The notes beneath the pieces are model-generated. The model did no database searches, was not told where the DNA came from, and saw nothing but the letters and a program-made list of their open reading frames with translations. A stretch of 63,397 nt of DNA, filler included, from Gonapodya sp. JEL0774 (lineage: Eukaryota), in the NCBI GenBank assembly GCA_027604505.1. It is 2 parts of 2 records of this genome, joined end to end, with 100 filler letters (N's around TTAATTAATTAA, not from the genome) between each part and the next. Parts side by side here need not be neighbours in the genome. Positions count along the whole stretch, not along the records: positions 31,889 to 63,397 come from JADIIX010000199.1; 1 more part is not named here. One strand, written 5' to 3'. Made by a program: the position numbers and the translations under genes. Shown here one piece after another: positions 37,843 to 48,628 of this stretch (its first letter is position 1; the number at the start of each line of letters is the position of its first letter).

Positions 37843-40800
37843 ATGTCGTCAGCCAAAAGTTAGTGTGAATTTTGCAAGGAGTATTTCACATACTTAACGC
37901 AACATCAGACGAAAGACCGAAGATGTTCACTGGCGCTTGCAAACCTCCAAGAATCCCGCCTGGCATCAATAGTGGCACCTCAGACATGTGGAAACCCAGA
38001 TTCCATAATGGAGGATCGCGGGGTCTCTCCAGGAATAGGTGACGATATGATGGAGCAGGACTCACGGCCCCAGATCACACAGATGGGAGACCAACAGGAT
38101 GATGCATCTAGGGACATGTTTGAACCAATTTATTATGCTGAAGGGCAAGATGAAGGGAATGGTCGGACAGAGTGGCATTCAAATCGTCCCACTCCGATCG
38201 GACATCAGACCAAGGAAGAGGATCTCCGAGGACAGTCATTCTCGTTTTTAGAGCGTGAATTGATATGTCTATACACAGATTACGACCTGTCTCTTGGTAT
38301 CATGGATGATATCATCCAAATCATTCAACACCGACAAACAACTTTGTCGGAACTACGGTGGCCCAATGGAAGGCAGATGAACGACAATTTACAGAAGCAT
38401 GCGGACAATGTGGGACTGAACGTGAGTGCAATATTATTATGGGATGAGGTGTGTTGTTACTTCTTGTTCGCAGGCACCCAAAACCGAACGCATATCTATT
38501 GGTGACACCTCCATTGTTCTCACATCTCACAACGCTGCGGACGTGATCAAGAAAGAGTTTGGGAAGCCCCAGTATGCACCGCATATGCTCTATGAGCCCC
38601 GGAAAGTCACTACCAAAGGTGGAGAGCGTACATACAGTGAATTCCAGGATGGTGATCTGTTTTGGGAACTTCAAGTAAGCAACTCTTCCTGCTAGTGTAA
38701 TTATGGGTCCTCTGCTCACAGTGGCTGTCAGGGTTCTGTCCCCCGTGGTGGACTTGTCTTGGGCATCTTCATCGCAAGTGATGGGACAACAACGGATGGA
38801 CTCATGCGGGTGAAGGGGAGTAAAACTTGTAACTACAAGTGTCTCAATCGTGGGGACAAACTTATAATTTGGCCACAGAAAGTTCCTGTTTACCTGGCTC
38901 TCGCAAATCTTCCCAAGCATCTTCGCCGGCATTGCCTCGTCTTGCTAGCGATTGTGCCGGAACTACCGGAGAATCTCACCCCATCAGAAAGACAGTCGCT
39001 GTATCATAAATGCTGGAGTGTTTTGTTGGCTCCGCTTGTGGACGCTGCCATGAAGTGAGTTTGCAAAACCACATCTCACGCTGTGCATACATTGTATGCT
39101 TATGCTTTTCAACCACAGCGGAATTGAGATTGTTGGTCCAGATGGCCGGATATGGCTGGCATTCCCTCGAATTGTTGGACTTGGAAAAGCCTATCCGGAG
39201 GGGTATAGTAAATTGTGTTTGCTGCTCACATTTCCTCTAACAAATGTCCTTTTTGCACACAGAATTCTACTGGGTGGGCTCCAACAGGGCCAATCTTGCT
39301 TTAACTGTCTGGTTAAGGCTGTTGACTTCTCTGACCTCGTGATCATGTTGAGGAACAATCAGTTTGGCCCCTTGAAGCGTAAAGCATTAGTACCCCGAAA
39401 GGCACTTGAAATGCGAGAGGTTAGTGGCTTTGTGTAGAAGCAACGTTTGTGTCGTAGACGTCCTGCTATTAATACAACACTCTTGACAGTTATGGCATCA
39501 GGGTCGCGAACTGATAGAGAGCCGAGGTATTACAGCTGCAGAGGAATTTGCCGAACAACATGGAATACAGCTTGAAGATGTAAGTGCTCTCTGTTCTTAC
39601 TTTCTAGGCTATGGTGACCTGTTCACTCTGATCTCCTACAGATTGCTCTTGATGCCGTCCTATTTTGTGATGCCTATCCCTTACTACGGGGTGATATTCT
39701 CCATGATATATGGAGTGGTGTTCTCAAGAGATGCATCGAGATTATCGTACGCGTCATCAAGGAGGCTGCGTTTGAGGACAATAACAGTGGCAAAAGACAA
39801 GCAAATAATGTCATACGTGGACTTAACAGACTGTGAGTTGGAAAATTCATATAGGGGACCCGAGACTACTACAATGCCTTGCTATGTCTCCCACACATGG
39901 CGGGGTGTCTGAAATTCCTCGATTTCCAGGAGCCCTCAGGTTTACAAAGGGCTACTTTGATGTCCTCAAAAGTGCAACTGCCACTGAATACAGAAACATT
40001 GCTATGGTAAGCAGTCTTTTCATTTCTTCACCTACTTGAATACGTCTACATGTCTCTTTTCCACTAGACTTCTCCGTGTGTTCTTGCCAGCTGGGGATGC
40101 GTCGGAGAAAACATAAGAGAAATTGATCTCCAAGCATTTGTTGTACCATGTCTGCGTCATTTGACTGATTTTGGTGTGATAATGTCTCTCGATTGCATCC
40201 CATCTGACATGCTTGACGAGGCTGACGAACACCTGCGGCAATTTGTGATCCACTCAAAGCAGATTGATGGACTCTTTTTGGAACGAGTCTGGGCAGTGAG
40301 TACCTACATCCTCAAATGCGGCCACTGATCTCTGTTTACTTCCGGTTTCAAAGGTGCCTAAAGTTCATGAACTCCTCCACTACCGAGAACACGTCCTTGA
40401 CGGTGGTAGCCCGGATAATTGGAACTCAGATGCTTACGAGATGGGCCACCAGAAACACGTGAAGGCACGCTATCGAACTTCTAACAGACGCCCGGACACA
40501 GTGGATGTTCAGGTAAAGTGGTCTCTAGTGTTTTCCACACTGTTGGTTATGGATGAACCTCTCCCATAGATACTTAATCGTGATCGCATTCATGATGCGT
40601 TCACTGAACTCCCCACTCCCAATGAAGATGGAGTTCTGTTGGATTCCGTGGACAAAGACGAGAATGAGTCTGGATTTGTGTTGTTTCGGGCAGGAGCGTA
40701 TCACCTTGGAGGCCGTAAAACTGGAGGTGCAGTTACCTTACTGGACTTTGTGGAGTCTGACGATTGTCTGAGTGGAGCTGGGGTCAACTGGGATGAGATT

Positions 40801-41438
40801 CTCCGAACAAAGTACCATCAAATTGAATATGGCAAGCGATGGTGGCCGCACCGCCGTGGAAGGGTTCCACACCTAAATGAACTGGAATCTTCCTTTGTGA
40901 GTTCTCATGGGGTTTACGTTGTCTGTTTGAAGCCTTACAATCTGTGACCCAGTTCACAACCTACGTTCTCTCTCGGCAGGTAACGCCGTACACCCGCATT
41001 TTTGTCTCACAACGTCCACGGCATCAGTTCGCTCGACCCTCTACAATGTCAATTCGGGCAGTTCCAAACTGGTATGGCTCGGAGTGGCGGCTGGCAGTGG
41101 CCGTATCAACGGACCTTGGACCTCAACACCCTTATTTTGCCGTTGCCCTCCGCTTCTTCACCAACAAGTTTCACGGCAAGAACTATGGATGGGCAGCAAT
41201 TCGATGGCTCAAGTTTCGGGAGATTGATGCGAGGGTGACTGGATGTTGGAAGGTGGCAGCGGATGCATATGACATCATTCCGATAGAGACAATCATTGGA
41301 CCTGTTGGTTTATGCCCCGACGCTAAGGAACAGGAAGCTGAGGACTTGAGCAACGGATTTTACAAGCTGTACTACCTGACGAAGCCAAACCGTGACGTAT
41401 GGATGTGGTTTCGATGGTTGGAGGGAACGCGAAGATGA
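37843..41438 (+). pseudogene. Plavaka transposase, multi-exon, with N-terminal CxxC..H..C finger; inactivated
   Basis: Motifs ERTYSEFQDGDLFWELQ, IFIASDGT, VPVYLALANLPKHLRR, LYHKCWSVLLAPL, GPDGRIWLAFPRI..YPE, DILHDIWSGV, IPRFPG, PKVHELLHY...DNWNSDAYEMGHQKHVKARYRTSNRR and YDIIPIETIIGPVGLCP match fungal Plavaka transposases. A TAG at 37861-63 interrupts MSSAKS*CEFCKEYFTYLTQHQTKDRRC. Confidence 0.85.
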
Positions 41439-41710
41439 CTTCGAAAACTTTCCTTATTCGCAGCTATATTTAATAGTACTTCTAATAATTACCGATGTAT
41501 TTTTGTAATCCAGATTTGAATATGTGCAATATCATAGAAAAAATTATTGTTCGCAACAACAGAAACTCGGAGAAATTTGAGAGGAGCAATAGGTGTCACC
41601 TATTGGCTAGCGAGGCGTAGGGAGTATACTCGGAGTTGCCACGAAGTGCTTATGGAGTGCCAGGCAACTCTGTAGAGGCGTTGGCACTCTGGAGTTGACG
41701 AAGTGGGGTC

Positions 41711-41732
41711 GGAGTGGGCCGGAGGCCAGCCG
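41711..41732 (-). repeat. Right terminal inverted repeat
   Basis: GGAGTGGGCCGGAGGCCAGCCG on the plus strand; an inverted match to 35038-35059. Confidence 0.7.
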
Positions 41733-42194
41733 ATGTGCGTGACACGAACATCCCTGCACGACAAAGAAAACCGCCAGAAGAAATAATGCGAGCAACAACT
41801 ATGGAACCAGAGAAGCCCGCCTCCGAGAAATTGAAGAACACAAGCAAACGCTCTATTTCGACTCGAGAAGATCTTCCGTCGGGTGAGGTGGCAAGCTGGT
41901 TACTGCATCAGGTCACAATGTTCACAATCGGCGCTCCACCGATTCCTTTCGTGAAGTGACGGAACTCCGGATGAAAGCTGTTATTGCGGCGGAATCTAGG
42001 AAGAGAAAGGCAGAGGAGACAGAGCAGGTATTTTCCAGAACGCTAATTGCAGCTGCGAAGAATTTCCAAGTTTTCAACACTTTCCGGAACACTCCACGAC
42101 TCTTTCTCGTAAGCCCGCAAAAAGATTGCGTCAGAGTATATCTGCGGCAGAGTCTCGCTCTTCTTCTCCCGTCTCCGACGAAGATGGTGGCGAG

Positions 42195-43155
42195 ATGACC
42201 CCACTTGCGAGAGTAGACACTTACGGCAATAGTGGATGGGTGTGAGCCTCGTTTAAAGTCACTTCCCTAATTCTTTCTTCTTGGTATTGCTAATCTCGCA
42301 GTTCTGCACGGGTCCTAGTTATCAGTGCCCTCCCTCACATGTTCCCATTCAAATTTCGTCGGACCCCACCAGCAATCCTTTTGACGCAGCAAACATGATT
42401 GGTACTGCCGGCGAAGACAAAGAACTGTGGATTATGAGAGTTCCTGCACATGTGAGCTTTTGCAATAACCATGTCGACTGTTCCTTTTGAGTACAATTCG
42501 CATGATCAAATTGCATATCCCATTCAGATTCCCCTCGCGCATCTCATCTCTCAGTTAAATATTCCACTTTCCCATATTGAAGACTCATCAGAACCGCTTT
42601 GCCTGATCGAAGCTCCTGCGCCGACACCTCCAGGCTACCGTGGCCCCACTACCAACGAAACATACGCTCTGCTCGAAGCTAGTAACGAACGCTTGGCGGG
42701 TGCACCAGTCATGGAGCGTTTAAAATGTTTGGTTCCAGATGGGGAGGCTGGGAACCTTGTTCTCGGTACGTGTCTACGTATCCAAATGGTCTTATCTCAC
42801 GGTTACCATTAAATAAACGTTCGAATCACTGAAAATGGAACAAGCCCCAATCCCGACAGCTAGATATCTCGAAATCTTACCCAATATTCCTGGCCTCCCT
42901 TCTTCTTCCGACGTCGCCACCGCCGGCCGGCGAGCAAAGCGGCGGGTGGCAGGTGAGAGAGCGACAATGACAGAAGCAGAGAAGTACAGGAACCAACTCA
43001 TAGGCAAGATTCAGGTGGGAAGGGTGGGGAGTGCTGAAACGCCTGCTGGGATAAAAGCTGGCAAAGTAGAGATGAAGAAGGAGAAGGATAAGGGGAGGGA
43101 TCAGGACACCAAAGCGAAGGGAAGAGCGAAGGAGATGAACGTTAGAGATAGGTGA
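42195..43155 (+). CDS. Probable RNA polymerase I subunit RPA34-like protein, multi-exon
   Basis: YQCPP...NPFD...DKELWIMRVPAH|IPL...YALL...LVPD...GNL followed by a Lys/Glu-rich tail fits the RPA34/CD3EAP architecture. GT-AG introns. Start codon approximate. Confidence 0.55.
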
Positions 43156-43454
43156 TAAGGTGGAAGTCTGCGACGCGGGGCGCTGGGCCGGGAGCCGTCA
43201 GCAGGGTCGGAATGCTCGTTCCAACATGAGCGATTGCCCCGCTGTGAACAGTACATATATTGCTTGCGGTTTGCACTGTCTCCTCAAATTTGGTGGACAG
43301 TTAGAATGGCTCTACACGACTTCATACATTTCATGCCATGTTTTACAAGAGCGGATCGATACGTTATTGTTTGCGATGTGAGCGTTGCTTCCGGTCACGG
43401 TCTGTCGGAAACGAACCAGCCGAGAATTCAGAAGCTCATCCGTCCTCAACCGGA

Positions 43455-45814
43455 ATGCCTGTTCCCATGGAATACTTCTCACCAGTTATCATCGGTATCG
43501 GCGAAATACGCAATAAGCATAAGCGCCTAGAGGAAGCGGTTGAACCAGGTGAGCATCACTGTCAGCACTGTCTCACCGGGACTGACTCTGGAATTCATGT
43601 CTCCATACGGCTAATTCATCATCAGCGGATTTGATTGTGAGAGCATTTGGACGAGCCTTGACGGATACTGGGGCAAACTCATTGGAGCATATCAGGAGAT
43701 CGATTGATTCAATCGGTAAGTGTTATGTAAGTGCTTTTTCCTTCAACGGAATAATATCTACTCAAGCGATATAATCCCTACCCACAGACGTCGTTGATTC
43801 GTGGACCTGGCGTGAGTTGTAAGCTTCTAAGTGACTCCAGATCTGCAAAAGCTCCAACTCTTCCCGATTGGGCTCTGACTTTGTCAGCGTACGAAGACCT
43901 TTCATCTCTCTTGTGCGAAAAGGCTGGCTTAAATGTCGATAAGAAATTCTACTCTCCGCGGAGTGGTTGCTGGCCGTGCCGGCTTCTGGACCGTGTGGCT
44001 ACTCGAGTTAGTCTTGGTACGACAAAAGTCGGATTAATCTGCGGTGGAGAAGCACTCGCATCGTGTGAGCATGAACATCGTCGATTTGCTCACTACTCAC
44101 TTGTTGCTCACGTGTGATTGTGGTGCATCAGTGAACCTTTTCGCTGCAGCAAAACAAGTTCCACCGTGGACCCGTGTGCAAACCCCCCCCGAAACCGGTT
44201 CCAAAGGACGAAACAGTAAGCAGCTTCATCGATTTCGGCACAGAAACTTAAATGAGGTTCAAATTTCTCTTCAACGGCAGTGACGGGAAACCGTATAGGT
44301 TACACCCAGCGACATGGCATATCTGCACCGGTGCAAATGTGTTCGTACTGTGTTCTGTATTGTTTCAAATATGTCTTTCTCACATGCGGTGGGAAATTTA
44401 CAGATCCCTTGTTCGAAAACGCTATTCGAGCGCATCTAAAAATGACCAAGAAGGAGAATGAGGACGAATCTGCTGATCTCTATGCGGAGTTCGCGGAAAT
44501 TGCAGCCACCAAAGCTTTCGCTTGGACTTACGGAGAGAAACCCCTCACCAAGGAGGAAATCGCCACCGTGTCGACTCGAAATCGCATGATCTGTTACCCT
44601 TGTGAGTGTCATTATTATCAAACCAGGAACTCTATTTACTCCAATACTCCTGCTGACTGCCACGGCTGCTCCATAGACCCACTTGTCCAAAACGCATTCA
44701 ATGGTGTCAATTGTGCGGCGGCAATTTTGATCTGCTCTCAAGCTCAAGCAGCAGCTTTCGGTGTACCGAAAGACAAATGGGTCTACGTTTGGGGTGCGGC
44801 TGGTACTCAAGATTCAACTGATTGTGAGTTATCTGGATGTGAAAGCACGCATTTTCGGATCTTGTGAACGATTACCCCGATCGTTCACTCCGAACGCCCT
44901 GATCTCATGTTCAGACTTGTTCCGGCCCGTGTACTACACGTCACCATCTATTTCTGCAACGCTTGATGCAGCACTGGAGGCAGCAGGAGTGTCAAATGAC
45001 CAAATTGACGCCTACGATATTTACAGGTACGTTGCATTCCATGAGCACCATTGTATGAACCAAATTCAATGTCTAAGCTCTCCACCCGATGTTTGACGTA
45101 GCTGTTTCCCTATTGTTCCAAAATTTGCTGCCAAGCATCTCGGAATTCCAGTGACGGAATCGAAAGGGCGTGCCAAACCCCTATCTATTATCGGAGGACT
45201 CACATCGTTCGGAGGCGCAGGGAACAACTACTCGATGCATGTACGTGTATTTCGCGATATATTGCGTATGGGGTCTCGCGTCATCATGTTACACTTGTAA
45301 CTTGTATAGGCTCTCACTGAGATGGTGAGACAGATACGATCTGGAACATATCAAATCGGTTGCGTGCTTGCTAACGGTGGTATTGCGACGTGAGTACGTT
45401 CCTCCGTTCCGTTGACTTCACAGCATTATCTGAACTGTTATTTCAAGTTATCATCACGCGGCAGTCATTGCTTCGAAGCCCCGACCTGATGCCAATGTCG
45501 TGCCTTTCAAATCAGGAAACCTTCCAGAGCTCCTCCTCTCAGAGCACCCTGTTGTCACAGAACATCCTGCTACGGGGACTGCTACTATTGAGACTTATAC
45601 CGTCGAGTATGATCGATCGGGGAATGGAACTCGAGCATTTATCATCGGAAGGCTGGACGCCACGGGTGAAAGGTTCCTTGCCAACGAGGATGGCCCAGAA
45701 ACTCTGCGCTGGCTTGAACACGACCCTGAACCGATAGGAAAGAAAGGTGTCGTACGGGCTTTGCCAGGGAAAGACATCAATGTGTTTAAGGTAGATGCTC
45801 GCGCCATGCTTTAG
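43455..45814 (+). CDS. Thiolase-like (acetyl-CoA acetyltransferase-like) protein with TLP1-type C-terminal domain, multi-exon
   Basis: PVIIGIGEI...AVEP, YPLFENAIRAH, NRMICYPYPL..NAFNGVNCAAA, DIYSCFPIVPK, GGLTSFGGAGNNYSMHA, LANGG and ATIETYTVEYDR..G.RFLAN. Confidence 0.85.
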
Positions 45815-46090
45815 CTTGTTTCATGCCCAAGCCATGAATGATAGATGCATGATCTTTGGTTATGTGAACACCTCATTTTGACTCCAATCATGAATTTATT
45901 GGTGGGACGTGAACATGTTCGTGTTGTGCACTCGCCAAGTCCGAACGGACCATCCAACGACCACCACCACAAAACTGGGCGAGTTTTATCGCACCGCTCC
46001 GCTTGCCACACCGCTACAAAGATCACCAAAAGTCGCAACTTCCGCAGAACCTTCTTTGAACCCCATATCATCAAGATTTTCTGAAGCTCC

Positions 46091-46840
46091 ATGACTGTCT
46101 ATCCATCACCAGCGGCGCGACTCTCCAGTCTCCGCGCCCGGGAAGTCTCCGAAACGTTTGGGCAGATGCAATTCCTTCATTTTTGGGGTCACAAACCGGA
46201 TCCTTCAGGCGCAGCTACCGTATCGTGCTTCAGTCAATTCTGGCCCGCGCCATTCGTTGTCGACGGGATTTGCTATCCAGCGGCGGAGTGGTTCATGATG
46301 GCTGGGAAAGCTCGGATATTTGGAGATATGGAGAATCTGGAAGCGATTCTCGCAGCCACGAAACCCGGTGCCGTCAAGAGTCTGGGGAGGAAGGTCACAC
46401 CGTATGACGACGATGTATGGTCTCGCGAACGATACCAAGTTGTTGTGAGGGGGAACTTGGCAAAGTTCTCCCAGAACATTGCACTAAAGGAGTTCCTCCT
46501 CGCAACGGGGGAAAAGATACTCGTTGAGGCCAGTCCTCTGGATCGCATATGGGGAATCGGACTTGCGAAGACTGCGCCTGAGGCGGACAAACCCTCGCAA
46601 TGGAAGGGTCTAAACTTATTGGGATTCGCGTTGATGGAAGTCAGAGAGCGTTTGCGGGCTGGCGAGGAGTTGACCACACAAATATCAGAGACAAGTAATG
46701 GCGAAACCAGTCACAGTGGAGAACGCAACAATCATGTTGGGGGACATTCCGGCGTTGATTCAATTGACAACGACGACGGTGAACGTTGCGCAACTAGTAG
46801 AAAGCGTGATCGTACGTCTCAGAAATCCCGTTTGGGGTAA
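46091..46840 (+). CDS. NADAR family N-glycosidase (YbiA/RibX-like), intronless
   Basis: FLHFWGH...SCFSQFWPAPFVVDGICYPAAEWFMMAGKARIFGD...KSLGRKV...GNLAKFSQN...LLATGEKILVEASPLDRIWGIG...WKGLNLLGFALMEVRERL. Confidence 0.93.
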   Translation: MTVYPSPAARLSSLRAREVSETFGQMQFLHFWGHKPDPSGAATVSCFSQFWPAPFVVDGICYPAAEWFMMAGKARIFGDMENLEAILAATKPGAVKSLGRKVTPYDDDVWSRERYQVVVRGNLAKFSQNIALKEFLLATGEKILVEASPLDRIWGIGLAKTAPEADKPSQWKGLNLLGFALMEVRERLRAGEELTTQISETSNGETSHSGERNNHVGGHSGVDSIDNDDGERCATSRKRDRTSQKSRLG

Positions 46841-47358
46841 ATATTTGTAATGATCTACAGTAATCCCATCCGATTCCAATCGCTGCCGTCGAAAGAGGGG
46901 CTGTATGAAACAATGGAGCCTCTGGAACCACAACAGCTCACGACGGAGCACGCAGGCCCTTGCGGCCGTCCTGGTGTCGCGTCTCAGAACCAGACCGTCA
47001 TCAAGTCTCATACGAGTGCCCAGCTACCCGTGCACCTGACTCAGAACCCTCGTGGCAGGTCTGGTGAATCCGCGAGGTGCTGATATACACGGACAACATC
47101 GTACTTTAGATCATCCTGCGGCTGCAGCCGATCTAGATTAACGTAACCAACAATTCCTTGAGCTTACTTCGTCATCTTACACATAGCTCATTGCCCCTGG
47201 CAATGTTTGTTCACTGCATTTTTCATGATGTCAGCACCACCAGTGGCTGGAAGTGACATAACTTTGGGATGGAATGAGAACATTGGAAATCACGATGCCG
47301 ATGGGTTTTACACAAAAGATACATCTCCTTCAACGTTCTTAGACATTACATGAACTCT

Positions 47359-48206
47359 CTAAGAGTGGTTCTGCAGTTCGTCAATCAGGCTTTTGAGCTT
47401 TTCCTTGCTGGCTCCAACGAGCTCCGCGACCTGCTTCTTCTTGCTGTGAACCCAAAATTCCAGCGACACAACGATCAGATTCTGACGCTGTCAATGTGAT
47501 AGATGACACTCACTGAAAGACTTTAAAAGTGGGCATGGCGGAGATGCCAAGCTCCTCGGCAACCGGGCCAGTTTCGTCACCATCGACATCGATCTTGACA
47601 AACGTGATGTCCGGGTACTTCGCGGAGAGTTCCTCAAAATAGGGGGAAATGAACTTGCAAGGACCGCACCTGAATCACAAAAGAGAGCAGTCGGGTCGGT
47701 AAACCATAATAGATCGAAGCGAGGATGCTGTCCCACCTTGGGACAGCACATATAAGAAAACAAGAAATGATGCATATCCGCGTTGCTGGCACTGACTGCG
47801 TGAACACCCCCACTAGCTCGCAGAAATGCAGTAACTTCCTCGAGTCCACAGCACTTCCATTCCCACAGCTCGAATCGATATAAATCCAGAAAGAGGTGCT
47901 GCGCCCACTCTTGTTTTTATTTCAGATTCCATCCCGAGTGCTTAGTTTCCGAACCGTACTCGCCACGAAACAGGCACGAAGGTCCGAGAATCAACCACCG
48001 ACGCACAGCATTCACACTCACCATTCAGCAAAGAAGTCAATAGCTAGTTCAGAAAGAGGATCCACAAATATCATTAGTAGGCGGGCTCATGTGAGACTGC
48101 ACTCCCAACACACCTCCATATTCAGATGCACCGTACACTCACCGATTTTGGCGCCGGAATCCAAGAGGTCGTCCCACTCCTTCTTCGCGGTGATGATTTT
48201 GACCAT
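47359..48206 (-). CDS. Thioredoxin, 4 coding exons
   Basis: Spliced: MVKIITAKKEWDDLLDSGAKI|AIDFFAEW|CGPCKFISPYFEELSAKYPDITFVKIDVD...ISAMPTFKVF|HKKKQVAELVGASKEKLKSLIDELQNHS*. The WCGPC active site is split by an intron, so the ORF track misses it. Confidence 0.93.
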
Positions 48207-48628
48207 GATAATCGAGCGCTGTGGTGATGTGAAAGTGCTGTAAGGTTTTGGGAACCTTCAAGTTTTGGTCTTTTTGCCATGCGACACTGTGTGGCGCAGT
48301 TCGGTGATTTGCACATTTTGCTCTGTCAGCACATGTCCCCTCCGTTGACCTTTCGTAAAATTCTCGTGAAAGGATGAAGGAATTGTAACGTAAGCTCTAA
48401 CATTCACACGGATCAAATAAATTGCCCATCATTTTATAGAGCAAACAGATAACATGAGTCACAAGCCAATAACAACAACAAATCCTATCTGTGGATCCAA
48501 ATATAAACCCAATATTGCTCCAATACTACGTCAGAGTGAGCGCCCAGTTATTGACAGCGGCGTATTCGGGTTGGAATGCTGAAAGAAAATGGAAGAGGTG
48601 ACGAAAGATACCAACGAACGGGAACTTT

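Larger units (their letters stand above)
35038..41732. mobile_element. Plavaka-type DNA transposon (~6.7 kb) with TIRs and two divergent genes, decayed
   Basis: Imperfect 22-bp TIRs at 35038-35059 and 41711-41732 (18/22 identical). Internal CAACTCCAGAG mirror at 35084-94/41687-97 and CTCC/GGAG-rich subterminal repeats. The element encloses a Plavaka transposase and a partner gene. Confidence 0.78.

Noticed and set aside
47100..47358. Possible SECIS in the thioredoxin 3' UTR
   Set aside because: The active site uses TGC codons (WCGPC), and the ATGA...AA...GA candidate does not form a convincing helix.
47726..47748. Perfect 10-bp hairpin TGCTGTCCCA-CCT-TGGGACAGCA in a thioredoxin intron
   Set aside because: Isolated short stem with no other support for an ncRNA or MITE.
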